This document shows, piece by piece, positions 47,617 through 59,352 of a stretch of 64,000 bases of DNA. The stretch lies in the IMG/VR virus record IMGVR_UViG_3300027734_000042; one strand, 5' to 3'. Source of the DNA: a virus. Positions within the stretch are counted from its first letter, which is position 1. The number at the start of each line of letters is the position of its first letter. Position numbers and translations under genes: made by a program. The notes under the pieces were generated by a model, which saw nothing but the letters and a program-made list of their open reading frames with translations, did no database searches and was not told where the DNA came from.

Positions 47617-48087
47617 ATGGAAGAAAAACTAGACGAAGATTGCGGATGTGGGGGAACCACAGATAGCATTAGAAGTTTTACCAATGCTTCTGCATCTAGA
47701 TATGATCAGGATCCTTTAGTGGGAATAAGAGTAAACTTGGTAGACGGAAGATCTGGTAAGGTCGATGATTCTATTAGAAATAATACTGGTGAAGTTATTG
47801 GGTATGTAATAGAGGGAGATAGGGGAACATATAGAGTATTTAAAAATAAAATTGCTGGACCTATTAGTGAAGGAGAAGGTGCAATGGCTTCTTTAACAGC
47901 TACACCGGGGATGGGAAATGTTATACCTCCTGGACCAGGGAGAACAGGATCGGGTGATCAATTTCCTTCATTAGAAGTTGGTACACCGGCTGCTAGAAAG
48001 AAAAAGAAGAAGAAAGATAACAACCCTACAGATACTTCTTTAATGGACTTTAAAACGTTCCTTAGCAGAGGCAAGGGTAACCAATAA
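47617..48087 (+). CDS. hypothetical protein with small beta-barrel (SH3-like) core
   Basis: VGIRVNLVDGRSGKV...YVIEGDRGTYRVFKNKI; LDE and ISE sites; C-terminal LMDFKTFLS. Confidence 0.6.
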   Translation: MEEKLDEDCGCGGTTDSIRSFTNASASRYDQDPLVGIRVNLVDGRSGKVDDSIRNNTGEVIGYVIEGDRGTYRVFKNKIAGPISEGEGAMASLTATPGMGNVIPPGPGRTGSGDQFPSLEVGTPAARKKKKKKDNNPTDTSLMDFKTFLSRGKGNQ

Positions 48088-48163
48088 GAATCGTTTTCTT
48101 ATTAATTCTAAAAATTTTACAAAATCTAATTAAACTTCTGTGGAAATTTCTTAATTTAGCTTT

Positions 48164-48547
48164 GTGCAAAAATTAAATATAATACAAGAAGAATACAAAG
48201 ATGATCCTTGGAAGGTTCTAGTCTGTTGTATATTATTAAATCAGACCAACAACCGTCAGGTTAGACCTCTGATCTCACATTTCTTTAAAACGTGGCCTAA
48301 TCCAGCATCTATTATTAGAGAAAATCCTATTAATATAAGTGCATTCATTAAGAGTACTGGATTTCAAAATATAAAGGCTCACAGGATTAGGGAATTCTCT
48401 ATAGCATGGGAGATAGGTATAAGAGATCCTAAGAAATTCCCAGGAGTAGGAGAATACGGTAGAGAAGCATGGAGAATATTTGTAGAAGAAGATCTGGATT
48501 TTACGCCGAAGGATAAGAAGCTAAAAATGTATTTGGATTGTATGTAG
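48164..48547 (+). CDS. MBD4-like HhH-GPD DNA glycosylase (minimal catalytic domain)
   Basis: IQEEYKDDPWKVLVCCILLNQT, FPGVGEYGREAWRIF (HhH) and PKDKKL (position of the catalytic Asp); GTG start uncertain. Confidence 0.75.
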   Translation: MQKLNIIQEEYKDDPWKVLVCCILLNQTNNRQVRPLISHFFKTWPNPASIIRENPINISAFIKSTGFQNIKAHRIREFSIAWEIGIRDPKKFPGVGEYGREAWRIFVEEDLDFTPKDKKLKMYLDCM

Positions 48548-48555
48548 AATATATA
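48548..48555 (+). promoter_or_regulatory. putative late promoter (AATATATA)
   Basis: Fills the 12-nt gap before ATG 48560. Confidence 0.55.
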
Positions 48556-48559
48556 CTAC

Positions 48560-49156
48560 ATGAATCATTTACTAAGGTTTGAAAATTACAAACCAATATA
48601 CGAGAAAATCCAGCCAATCACAGCTAATTGGTTTATAATTGATAGTGAGGGTTCTTTTGAGAAGAAAGAACAATCAGGTTTTTTCGTATTTAATCGTGTT
48701 GGTACTTTCTCGATAATCTATAATAAAAAAGCTTCTGATTCGGAAGAGGCAAGAATAGATTTTTATACATCCAAAGAAAATTCTAAGGACAAAAAAACAA
48801 TCTGTGAATGTAAGATACTAACAAAAAGTGGAGAAGAAAGAACTGTTAGGAGGTTTACTGATATTACCCCAGACAATATTTGGGAGATCGTCACATCATT
48901 CTTTGATTATTGTGATTTAGAGAAATCTGAAAAAGAGGTAACTGATAGATTCTTATTAGGATTTTCTAAAAGTTTAAAAGAGGTTCTAAAATACGAAAGC
49001 AGTGATCAGTTACCCTCAGCATTTAAAACATTCTATAAATTCATTTCTGAATGGGCTAAGAAATCTGATACTAAGATAGAGATTAAAGCTACTAACAACA
49101 ACTACGAACTTTTAGAATTAATTAGGAAATTCATGGACAACTTCAAAAAAGTCTAA
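48560..49156 (+). CDS. hypothetical protein with CTS-like tag
   Basis: Starts MNHLLRFENYKPIYE. Confidence 0.7.
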   Translation: MNHLLRFENYKPIYEKIQPITANWFIIDSEGSFEKKEQSGFFVFNRVGTFSIIYNKKASDSEEARIDFYTSKENSKDKKTICECKILTKSGEERTVRRFTDITPDNIWEIVTSFFDYCDLEKSEKEVTDRFLLGFSKSLKEVLKYESSDQLPSAFKTFYKFISEWAKKSDTKIEIKATNNNYELLELIRKFMDNFKKV

Positions 49157-49458
49157 GCTGATTCTCTCTTTTTTAATTGTGACAGGAAATCCTTCCAAAC
49201 AACTAATCCTTCTTTAATTCCTGCTTTAGGGAATTTGTGAAATTCTGCACGGTGCGACATTATATAAGAAGCTATTATTGCATCTTTAAGTTCTATTTCT
49301 TTCTTATCTAACATCTCCTGTAATCTTCTTACAGATTTTAATGCTTCCTCTCTATTAGAAAACCTTAATCCTCTTGGATATTTTGAATCATTGGAGAAAG
49401 GTTTAATGTCATTAAGATAAACCTGTTCGAAAAGTTTAAAGGTTAGAATTTTTTTCAC
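49153..49458 (-). CDS. hypothetical helical protein with CTS-like tag
   Basis: GTG start, MKKILTFKLFEQVYLND; own AATATATA motif on the minus strand; convergent stop overlap with ORF 48560. Confidence 0.7.
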   Translation of the reverse strand: MKKILTFKLFEQVYLNDIKPFSNDSKYPRGLRFSNREEALKSVRRLQEMLDKKEIELKDAIIASYIMSHRAEFHKFPKAGIKEGLVVWKDFLSQLKKRESA

Positions 49459-49462
49459 ATAG

Positions 49463-49470
49463 TATATATT
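49463..49470 (-). promoter_or_regulatory. putative late promoter (AATATATA, minus strand)
   Basis: Plus-strand tatatatt, 4 nt from the GTG at 49458; orientation follows the gene. Confidence 0.55.
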
Positions 49471-49487
49471 CTTTACCTAAATAAATC

Positions 49488-49516
49488 GAAACCTCTTAGT
49501 TGTATTAGTGTAAGAT
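49488..49516 (+). promoter_or_regulatory. putative middle-type promoter GAAAC-N18-TAAGAT
   Basis: Bipartite motif ending 6 nt before the polymerase ATG. Confidence 0.45.
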
Positions 49517-49522
49517 AAGAGT

Positions 49523-50929
49523 ATGATTATTGATATAGAAAATTCAGGTACATCTTTAGTTGTCTCCCATTATACAGAGGAAGGGGACGTAAATTTGTTA
49601 AAACTACAAGTTCCTAAAGCGCTTCAATTCGTCTGGCAAAAAACATCTGCTAGCGATAGATCGAAAGATTCAGAATGGACAACATGGGACGGATTTCCTG
49701 TTAAAAAATCTTCTACATATAAGTTTGATAAGTATAGAGTAGTAGAAATTTTAGAAGCACTAGATCCTGAATTAACCAAGCCTCTTTGGGATTACCAGAC
49801 GCCTAAAAAATACTTCGTCGATATTGAGGTGGAGATGACAGATAACAGAGCAGATTCATTAGACACAGAGAATTCTAAGAATAGAATTCTTTCCATAGGA
49901 ATGGCTTCTTCTCAAGGTAAGGTTCTTGTTATAGGTCTGGAGGATATGAGTCCTGATAGGATATTAAAGATCGAGAAAAGGATTAATGATCATTTTGAAG
50001 GACAAAATGGGGATTGGACTTTTAATTACAGAAAGTTTGAAAGTGAGTTTGATATGCTCTACACTTTTCTTTCTAAATTAGTTCCTAAGATGCCTTTGAT
50101 AACTGGGTGGAATTGGTTTGGTTATGACTGGCCTTATATTATAAACAGAGCTAAGAGATTAGGTATAGATCCTAAGATTGCTTCACCTAGTGGGGTACTT
50201 ATAGGAAAGCATCAAATACCTATGCACGTTTTAATGGTCGATTACCTTGACATTTATAAGAAGTGGGATAGGGTAGTAAAAATCAGAGAGTCTAACTCAT
50301 TAGATTATGTTTCCAATCAAGCTATAGGGATTAAAAAGATTGCTTATAATGGAACATTAAAAGATTTATACGAGTCAGACTTTGAAACGTTCATATTTTA
50401 TAACGCAGTTGACTGTGCTCTTGTACACTATATAGATAAAAGACTTGATACACTTTCTACTTTCTTTAAAATCGCAGAAGTAAGTAGAGTGGAGATCAAT
50501 AGAGCATTATCTCCAGTTTGGACTACTGAGGTTCTTATGCTAAGAAAATTCTTAGAAAGAAAACAGGTAATTGTAAATGAAAGGAAAGAGGAAAATCATG
50601 TTAAATTCGAAGGAGCTTATGTTAAGAAGCCAGAAAAAGGATTATATGAATGGATCGCTTGTTTTGACTTTGCTTCTCTTTATCCTAATACAATGATGCA
50701 ATGGGGTATATCCCCTGAGGTTTATATAGGTAAGAATCTTAAGAACATACCCGAAGGTGCAATTAAAACTTCGTCAGGAGCGGTATTTTATAGTAAGGAA
50801 GGAAGAGAACCTATATTAAGAGAAATATTAAAAGGACTTTACGGGCAAAGAAAAGCAACAAAGAAGAAATATTTCGAATGTGAAAAAGAAATAGAGAAAA
50901 TACAAAAAGTAATTAAAGAAAAATCATAA
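49523..50929 (+). CDS. gp43: family B DNA polymerase, N-terminal subunit (exonuclease + motif A; gp43A-like)
   Basis: ExoI VDIEV, ExoII GWNWFGYDWPYI, ExoIII YNAVD, FEGAYVKKP and motif A FDFASLYP; ends in the fingers helix (QRKATKKK) with no KxxxNSxYG or YGDTDS. Confidence 0.88.
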   Translation: MIIDIENSGTSLVVSHYTEEGDVNLLKLQVPKALQFVWQKTSASDRSKDSEWTTWDGFPVKKSSTYKFDKYRVVEILEALDPELTKPLWDYQTPKKYFVDIEVEMTDNRADSLDTENSKNRILSIGMASSQGKVLVIGLEDMSPDRILKIEKRINDHFEGQNGDWTFNYRKFESEFDMLYTFLSKLVPKMPLITGWNWFGYDWPYIINRAKRLGIDPKIASPSGVLIGKHQIPMHVLMVDYLDIYKKWDRVVKIRESNSLDYVSNQAIGIKKIAYNGTLKDLYESDFETFIFYNAVDCALVHYIDKRLDTLSTFFKIAEVSRVEINRALSPVWTTEVLMLRKFLERKQVIVNERKEENHVKFEGAYVKKPEKGLYEWIACFDFASLYPNTMMQWGISPEVYIGKNLKNIPEGAIKTSSGAVFYSKEGREPILREILKGLYGQRKATKKKYFECEKEIEKIQKVIKEKS

Positions 50930-50932
50930 ATT

Positions 50933-51397
50933 ATGGCAAACACAGACAACAAATGTGCGGATCTTCCAGTTGAAGATTTCCACACTGGGGTAAACGATAC
51001 CCTCGGCTTGATTTACAATAAGCAAGCAGAATTACAATCAAGATACGGATTTGATTTTAAGGATTGGACCTTGAAACAAATTGCAGATTTTTGGATGGTT
51101 AACAAACATGCACTAAGTGATGAGTTAAACGAAATGTTTGATGCTCTTGGAGGTGTTAATGATGGTATTGGATCTGCAGGATGGAAATACTGGAAAGGAG
51201 ACAATAAGAAAGCTTCTGAAATGAAGATCTCTGACCTTAGTGAAAATGATAGATTGGAGTTATTCTATGAATGGATTGACGGATTACATTTCTTTATGAA
51301 CTTCGGTATTTCTATGGGAATGACAAGTAAGGATATTGTTAATCTTTATATGGCAAAAAATGCTGAAAATCATGACAGGCAGGAGAGAGGATATTAA
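50933..51397 (+). CDS. all-alpha dimeric dUTPase / gp56-like dCTP pyrophosphatase
   Basis: DELNEM, WKYWK, ELFYEWIDGLHFFMN and YMAKNAENHDRQERGY. Confidence 0.8.
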   Translation: MANTDNKCADLPVEDFHTGVNDTLGLIYNKQAELQSRYGFDFKDWTLKQIADFWMVNKHALSDELNEMFDALGGVNDGIGSAGWKYWKGDNKKASEMKISDLSENDRLELFYEWIDGLHFFMNFGISMGMTSKDIVNLYMAKNAENHDRQERGY

Positions 51398-51418
51398 TAT
51401 ATAGATGACCCAATCATT

Positions 51419-51607
51419 ATGAGCAATATAAAATTTTACACTAATAGACAAATAGCACTACAAATGGCTATGAAGTTACATAAGGAAGGATCAATAACAA
51501 AAAGCGAGATAACAAAAAATGCCGATGAGTTTTATGCTTGGCTTCAGGATGCTCCACAGAAAGATTCAGATAATAAAGAATGGTTGAAAATTAACGAAAT
51601 TAAATAA
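51419..51607 (+). CDS. small hypothetical protein
   Basis: 62 aa with RQIALQMA...ADEFYAWL helical pattern; AATATATA upstream at 51396-51403. Confidence 0.6.
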   Translation: MSNIKFYTNRQIALQMAMKLHKEGSITKSEITKNADEFYAWLQDAPQKDSDNKEWLKINEIK

Positions 51608-51621
51608 TATAAATAATTAAG

Positions 51622-52602
51622 ATGGAAAAGTTACTCACCCCGAATCCTAGAAGATTCTCTTTATTCCCTGTACAACAAGACGATATTTGGACAATGTACA
51701 AAACAGCGGAAGCTTCTTTTTGGACAGCGGAGGAAATAGATTTAGCACAGGATATCACTCACTGGAGAGATAAATTAAACGACAACGAGAGATATTTTAT
51801 AAAGAATGTAATTGCTTTCTTTAATAACTCCGATGGGATAGTTAATGAGAATCTTGCAGCTAATTTTTTCAATCAGGTACAATACCCGGAAGCTAGATGC
51901 TTTTATGGATTCCAATTGGCTATTGAGAATATACACGGTGAGGTTTATTCTCTTCTTATAGATTCTTACATATCTGACGAGGAAGAGAAAGAGAATTTAT
52001 TTAATGCTATTGATACTGTCCCTGCGGTTAAAAGAAAAGCAGATTGGGCAATGAAATGGATCGAGAATGGATCATTCACTGAGAATATGATTGCATTTGC
52101 TGCTGTTGAAGGTATTTTCTTTTCCGGATCTTTCTGTTCTATATTTTGGTTAAAGAAAAGAGGATTAATGCCAGGTCTTTGCTTTGCTAATGAATTAATT
52201 TCTAGAGACGAAGGATTACATTGCGATTTTGCTTGTTTACTTTACACTCAGCACATTGAAAATAAACTTCCGGAGGAAACAGTGAAAGAGATTATTATGG
52301 AAGCTGTAGAGATCGAAAAGGAGTTTGTAACTTCATCTTTGCCTGTTAGACTTATTGGTATGAACTCTGAGCTTATGTGTGAATATATCGAATTTGTAGC
52401 AGATAGGCTTTTAACTTCTTTAGGATGCTCAAGAGTTTATAATACTAAATGCCCTTTTGATTTTATGATAAATATTGCTTTAGAAAATAAAGGTAATTTC
52501 TTCGAAGGAAGAGTGGGATCATATCAGAAATCGGGTGTTATGGACAGTACTAAAGATAACGGAAATAGCGGAAAAACTTTTTCAATGGATGCTGATTTTT
52601 AA
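51622..52602 (+). CDS. nrdB: ribonucleotide reductase class Ia beta subunit
   Basis: [43 protein letters not shown] and NFFEGRV..Y motifs. Confidence 0.97.
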   Translation: MEKLLTPNPRRFSLFPVQQDDIWTMYKTAEASFWTAEEIDLAQDITHWRDKLNDNERYFIKNVIAFFNNSDGIVNENLAANFFNQVQYPEARCFYGFQLAIENIHGEVYSLLIDSYISDEEEKENLFNAIDTVPAVKRKADWAMKWIENGSFTENMIAFAAVEGIFFSGSFCSIFWLKKRGLMPGLCFANELISRDEGLHCDFACLLYTQHIENKLPEETVKEIIMEAVEIEKEFVTSSLPVRLIGMNSELMCEYIEFVADRLLTSLGCSRVYNTKCPFDFMINIALENKGNFFEGRVGSYQKSGVMDSTKDNGNSGKTFSMDADF

Positions 52603-52625
52603 TTAGGAAGATCATATTAACCATT

Positions 52626-54805
<2,180 letters not shown>

Positions 54806-54806
54806 T

Positions 54807-54971
54807 ATGTACGATCACGTATACGAAATAACTGGCTATCAGATAGAAATCGAAGGAGTCATAGAGAATCGTCAAAGAATTCAATATTGGAATAACGAAA
54901 CCGATTATCTAATTGAGGAATACTACGGAACAACCGAAGAAATACGCCTCGGTTATACACAGATTCAATAA
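54807..54971 (+). CDS. small acidic protein, possible fibre chaperone/accessory; absent from the ORF track
   Basis: Translated by hand, 54 aa: MYDHVYEITGYQIEIEGVIENRQRIQYWNNETDYLIEEYYGTTEEIRLGYTQIQ; starts 1 nt after the fibre stop. Confidence 0.6.
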   Translation: MYDHVYEITGYQIEIEGVIENRQRIQYWNNETDYLIEEYYGTTEEIRLGYTQIQ

Positions 54972-55001
54972 AACAAAGTGGAATAAATATTCTTATTAGT
55001 G

Positions 55002-55029
55002 GAAACTAATGGGTTAATTTTTCTATAAT
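55002..55029 (+). promoter_or_regulatory. putative middle-type promoter GAAAC-N17-TATAAT
   Basis: Intergenic, ends 28 nt before the nrdA ATG. Confidence 0.55.
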
Positions 55030-55057
55030 TTTTCACATAAAATAAAATAAAATAATA

Positions 55058-57427
55058 ATGGAAGTAACAAAGAGAGACGGAGCTAAAGAAAGAGTTAAGC
55101 TTGATAAAATTTTAAATCGTGTTAAGAAACAATCTTATGGTTTAAATATGGATTATATTGAGCCAATGGAAATTGCAAAGAAAGTTATTCATGGTTTATA
55201 TGATGGTATCTCTTCAGTAGAACTTGATACTTTAGCAGCAGAAACAGCAGCTGCTTTAACCCCAACCCATCCTGATTATTCTATTTTAGCTTCTAGAATT
55301 TGTGTTACCTCGTTACATAAAAGAACACCTAAAAGTTTTTCGAGTGTGATTGATCAGCTTTATAATTATGTTGATCCTAAGACAGGTTTAAAAGCTCCAA
55401 TGATTGCTGATGATGTATACGAGATTATTGTTAATAATGCTAAGGATATAGATTCACAAATTATTGCAGATAGGGATTTAGATTATGATTATTTTGGTTT
55501 TAAGACTTTAGAAAAATCATATCTTTTAAAGATTGATGGTTTACCTGCTGAAAGACCACAGCAAATGTTAATGAGAGTTGCTATTGGTATACACAAGGAA
55601 GATTTAGCCTCTGCTTATAAAACATATGACTTAATGAGTCAGGGTTACTTCACGCATGCTACACCTACTTTATTTAATGCGGGTACTAGAAGACCCCAGC
55701 TTTCTTCTTGCTTCTTAGTTTCAATGGATGATGATTCAATTCAAGGTATCTATAAAACACTATCTGATGTGGCTCAGATCTCTAAAAATGCAGGAGGTAT
55801 TGGTTTACATATACATAATGTAAGAGGCACAGGAGCTTATATTAGAGGAACAAACGGAACCTCAAACGGAATTATTCCGATGCTAAAAGTATTTAACGAA
55901 ACTGCAAGATACGTCGATCAAGGTGGAGGTAGAAGAAAGGGATCTTTTGCTGTTTATTTGGAGCCTTGGCATTGTGATGTTGAAGACTTTTTAAATCTTA
56001 GAAAAAATCACGGTAAAGAGGAGATGAGAGCTAGGGATCTTTTCTTAGCTTTATGGACACCGGATTTATTTATGGAAAGAGTTAAGGAAGATGGAGAATG
56101 GACTTTATTCTCTCCTGATGAAGCACCAGGATTAGACGACGTATACGGTGAGGACTTTGTTAAACTTTATACTAAATATGAAGCTGAAGGAAGAGGAAGA
56201 AAAACAATTAAAGCTCAAGAGCTTTGGTATAAAATAATTGAAGCACAGATCGAAACTGGAACTCCTTATATGCTTTATAAGGATGCAGCTAATATAAAAT
56301 CAAATCAGAAGAATTTAGGTACTATTAAGTCATCTAATCTTTGTACTGAGATTATGGAGTATTCAGATTCAAAAGAAACTGCAGTTTGTAATTTAGCTTC
56401 TATTGCATTACCTAAATTCATTATTCCTGGTAAGAAACCTAAATACGATCTTAATGCTCTTAAGGATATAGCTTACACAGCAACTATCAATCTTAATAGA
56501 GTGATTGATGTTAACTATTATCCTACTAAGGAAACTAAGACCTCTAATATGAAGCACAGACCAATTGGTATTGGAGTTCAAGGTTTAGCTGATACATTTG
56601 CTATTCTAAAAATACCTTTTGAATCGGAAGAAGCAAAAAATTTAGATAGAGACATTTTCGAAGCAATTTATTACGGAGCTATGTGTGCTTCAGTGGATCT
56701 TGCAGAAAAAGAAGGTGCATACCAAACATTTAAGGGATCGCCATTATCTAAAGGATTATTTCAATTTGATTTATGGAACGAATCACCTAGTACAAGATGG
56801 GAATGGGAAGAATTAAGAGAAAGAGTTAAGACTTTCGGAGCTAGAAATTCTTTATTGCTTGCTCCTATGCCTACTGCTTCTACAAGTCAGATCTTAGGAA
56901 ACAATGAATGTTTTGAACCTTTCACTTCTAACATTTACATTAGAAAAACATTATCTGGAGAATTTCCAGTAGTTAATAAGCATCTTGTTAAAGACTTAGT
57001 TAAACTTAATATGTGGGATGATAATCTTAGGGATAAGATCATTATTAATAATGGATCAGTACAAGATATTGCTGAAATACCAGATGAGATTAAGATCATT
57101 TATAAGACTGCTTGGGAGATGAGTCAGAAGATTATTATAGATCATGCTGCAGCTAGAGCACCTTTTATATGTCAAAGTCAAAGTATGAATTTATTTGTTC
57201 AAGATGCTAACTTTGCTAAACTTTCTTCAGCTCATTTTTATGGATGGGATAAGGGATTAAAGACTGGAAGTTATTATATAAGAACTAAAGCTGCTACAAC
57301 AGCTATAAAAGGTCTAGGTATAGATCTAAGCAGAAATCAAGAACTTCCTAAATCAGAGGATGATAACTATAGCGACTTAACTTGTAGCATAGACAATCCT
57401 GAAGATTGCGAAGCTTGCGGTTCATAA
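55058..57427 (+). CDS. nrdA: ribonucleotide reductase class Ia alpha subunit with ATP-cone
   Basis: VTKRDG ATP cone, [43 protein letters not shown] and C-terminal CEACGS. Confidence 0.98.
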   Translation: MEVTKRDGAKERVKLDKILNRVKKQSYGLNMDYIEPMEIAKKVIHGLYDGISSVELDTLAAETAAALTPTHPDYSILASRICVTSLHKRTPKSFSSVIDQLYNYVDPKTGLKAPMIADDVYEIIVNNAKDIDSQIIADRDLDYDYFGFKTLEKSYLLKIDGLPAERPQQMLMRVAIGIHKEDLASAYKTYDLMSQGYFTHATPTLFNAGTRRPQLSSCFLVSMDDDSIQGIYKTLSDVAQISKNAGGIGLHIHNVRGTGAYIRGTNGTSNGIIPMLKVFNETARYVDQGGGRRKGSFAVYLEPWHCDVEDFLNLRKNHGKEEMRARDLFLALWTPDLFMERVKEDGEWTLFSPDEAPGLDDVYGEDFVKLYTKYEAEGRGRKTIKAQELWYKIIEAQIETGTPYMLYKDAANIKSNQKNLGTIKSSNLCTEIMEYSDSKETAVCNLASIALPKFIIPGKKPKYDLNALKDIAYTATINLNRVIDVNYYPTKETKTSNMKHRPIGIGVQGLADTFAILKIPFESEEAKNLDRDIFEAIYYGAMCASVDLAEKEGAYQTFKGSPLSKGLFQFDLWNESPSTRWEWEELRERVKTFGARNSLLLAPMPTASTSQILGNNECFEPFTSNIYIRKTLSGEFPVVNKHLVKDLVKLNMWDDNLRDKIIINNGSVQDIAEIPDEIKIIYKTAWEMSQKIIIDHAAARAPFICQSQSMNLFVQDANFAKLSSAHFYGWDKGLKTGSYYIRTKAATTAIKGLGIDLSRNQELPKSEDDNYSDLTCSIDNPEDCEACGS

Positions 57428-57440
57428 ATAATAACCAATA

Positions 57441-58034
57441 ATGAAAATCAAAAATTTTAAAGAGTTTGACTCCTTGAGCACACCCTGTGTAATTTTTGTA
57501 GGACCTCCTGGATGTGGTAAAGGAACACAAGCAGAAATACTTTGTAAGAAAACACATCTGAAACATGTTTCTACTGGTGATATCCTTAGAAAATCTGATG
57601 ATAAAGAGGTTAAAGAATTAATGAAAACTGGTAAGCTTCTTCCTGATGATTTAGTATCTAAGGAGCTTGAAAAATTCATACAAAAAAATAAAAAATCTGC
57701 AGGATTTGTTTTTGATGGATATCCAAGAAACCTTAAGCAAAAAACTTTATTGGACAAAATAATGTCTAATAATAACCTAGAGACAATCAACATTTTCTTT
57801 CTAGATGTACCAGAAGAGACTTTAAAAGAAAGAATTAAAGAGCGAGGGAAAACATCAGGAAGAGCCGATGATAATGATCCCGAAGTTTTTAAAGTTAGAA
57901 TGGGAGAATATAAAGATCAGACACTACCTCTGATTAAATCTATGAAGAAGCTAAAAAACTTTTTAGAAATATCCGGGGAGAAAGACCTTGATGAGGTTAC
58001 TGAGATTATATTTGATAATCTGGGTGAAATTTAA
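57441..58034 (+). CDS. adk: adenylate kinase (short-LID type) with CTS-like N-terminal extension
   Basis: GPPGCGKGTQA, HVSTGDILR, GKLLPD, FDGYPRN and GRADD; extra MKIKNFKEFDS before the first strand. Confidence 0.93.
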   Translation: MKIKNFKEFDSLSTPCVIFVGPPGCGKGTQAEILCKKTHLKHVSTGDILRKSDDKEVKELMKTGKLLPDDLVSKELEKFIQKNKKSAGFVFDGYPRNLKQKTLLDKIMSNNNLETINIFFLDVPEETLKERIKERGKTSGRADDNDPEVFKVRMGEYKDQTLPLIKSMKKLKNFLEISGEKDLDEVTEIIFDNLGEI

Positions 58035-58054
58035 TCCAATTTTTTATCTATAAA
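58026..58054 (+). promoter_or_regulatory. putative middle-type promoter GAAAT-N18-TATAAA
   Basis: Bipartite motif ending 17 nt before the GT ATG. Confidence 0.45.
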
Positions 58055-58071
58055 TGTTAAATTGAAATAAC

Positions 58072-59328
58072 ATGCCAAAATTAGTAATTGAAAAAACAGA
58101 TGCTAAACAGCCTTCTATATGTTTAGTTATGATTGTTAAAAATGAATCTAAAGTAATCAGAAGATGTATTGATTCCGTTAAGGATTACATTAACTATTGG
58201 GTTATTGTTGATACAGGATCTACCGATGGTACTCAGGATCTTATTAAGGAGATAATGAATGAGTATGAAATTCAAGGTGAACTACATGAAAGACCTTGGG
58301 TAGATTTTGGATACAACAGAACTGAGAGTTTAGAATATTCTGAGGGCAAGGCAGATTATAGATTAGTTATAGATGCTGACGACTTTCTATCTGTACAGGA
58401 GGGAGAAAATCCTTTTCTAAATTTGACAGAGGATGCTTATAAGATTAGGATTCGACTTAATTCATTGGCTTATTACAGAACTCAATTGGTTAGAGGTGAT
58501 CAGAAATGGAAATATGTAGGTGTTTTACATGAATATATTTCAGGTCCAACTGATATCAAAGTATCTGAAGAATTCTTAGAAGGCGTTGAAATGCACGCTT
58601 CTGTTTCTGGACACAATAGAGATATTAAAGGAAAGGATAAGTATTATAATGATGCTTTAATTTTCGAAAAAGCTATTCTAACAACACCTAAGGAAGAACT
58701 TCCTATTGATCTGGAAAGAAGATATGTTTTCTATATGGCTCAAAGTTATAGAGATGCAGGAATGAATGAAAGATCTATTGAAGCTTATCAAAGAAGAGTA
58801 GATCTAGGAGGATGGGCGGAAGAGGTTTACATTTCTAGATATTGGATAGCTAGACAAAAACAAATTCTAGAAAGACCTGACGAAGATATCATTGATGCTT
58901 ATTTAAAAGCTTGGGAATACAGACCTAATCGTTTAGAATCCCTTTATCATCTTATTAAGTTCTTAGGAACAAGAAAAAGATATGCTTTAGGTTTTGCTTT
59001 ATCGTCAATCGGAATGAAAACTGGACCTTGCTCAGATATTCTTTTTGTAGAAGATGATATCTGGAAATGGAGAATGCCTGATGAGTATTCTGTACTAGCA
59101 TATTACAATGGAAATGCAGAAGAAGCTTATAAAACAACCAACATTATCATAAATTCTAGCTTGTTTGCTGGCATTAATAAGTCAGATCAGGAAAGAATTA
59201 TGAAAAATATGGATTTCTATAGTAAAGCTTTAGAACCTAACGAGGAAGAACAACCTGAAGCTATAGAAGAATCTATTCCTGAAGTTATTGACGAATCTAT
59301 TAAAAATGAGGAATTGAAAGAATCTTGA
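58072..59328 (+). CDS. GT2-family glycosyltransferase with TPR-like C-terminal repeats
   Basis: ICLVMIVKNE, VDTGSTDGT, DFGYNR, IDADD and GVLHEY; RYVFYMAQSYRD and AWEYRPNRLESLY TPR-like helices. Confidence 0.88.
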   Translation: MPKLVIEKTDAKQPSICLVMIVKNESKVIRRCIDSVKDYINYWVIVDTGSTDGTQDLIKEIMNEYEIQGELHERPWVDFGYNRTESLEYSEGKADYRLVIDADDFLSVQEGENPFLNLTEDAYKIRIRLNSLAYYRTQLVRGDQKWKYVGVLHEYISGPTDIKVSEEFLEGVEMHASVSGHNRDIKGKDKYYNDALIFEKAILTTPKEELPIDLERRYVFYMAQSYRDAGMNERSIEAYQRRVDLGGWAEEVYISRYWIARQKQILERPDEDIIDAYLKAWEYRPNRLESLYHLIKFLGTRKRYALGFALSSIGMKTGPCSDILFVEDDIWKWRMPDEYSVLAYYNGNAEEAYKTTNIIINSSLFAGINKSDQERIMKNMDFYSKALEPNEEEQPEAIEESIPEVIDESIKNEELKES

Positions 59329-59336
59329 GATATATA
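59329..59336 (+). promoter_or_regulatory. putative late promoter (GATATATA)
   Basis: Directly after the GT stop, 16 nt before ATG 59353. Confidence 0.6.
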
Positions 59337-59352
59337 AATAAAAATTATATCA

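Noticed and set aside
48083-48103. Hairpin aataagaa-tcgtt-ttcttatt after ORF 47617
   Set aside because: Nearly all A-T pairs and no clear U-tract; too weak to call a terminator
50880-50935. Programmed frameshift or readthrough to complete the DNA polymerase
   Set aside because: The downstream sequence is the dUTPase/dCTPase gene, and no polymerase motif B or C appears in the ORF track
51608-51615. T4-type late promoter TATAAATA before nrdB (also at 42002 and 59333)
   Set aside because: The other two instances are extensions of GATATATA sites, most structural genes lack it, and chance occurrence is likely in AT-rich DNA
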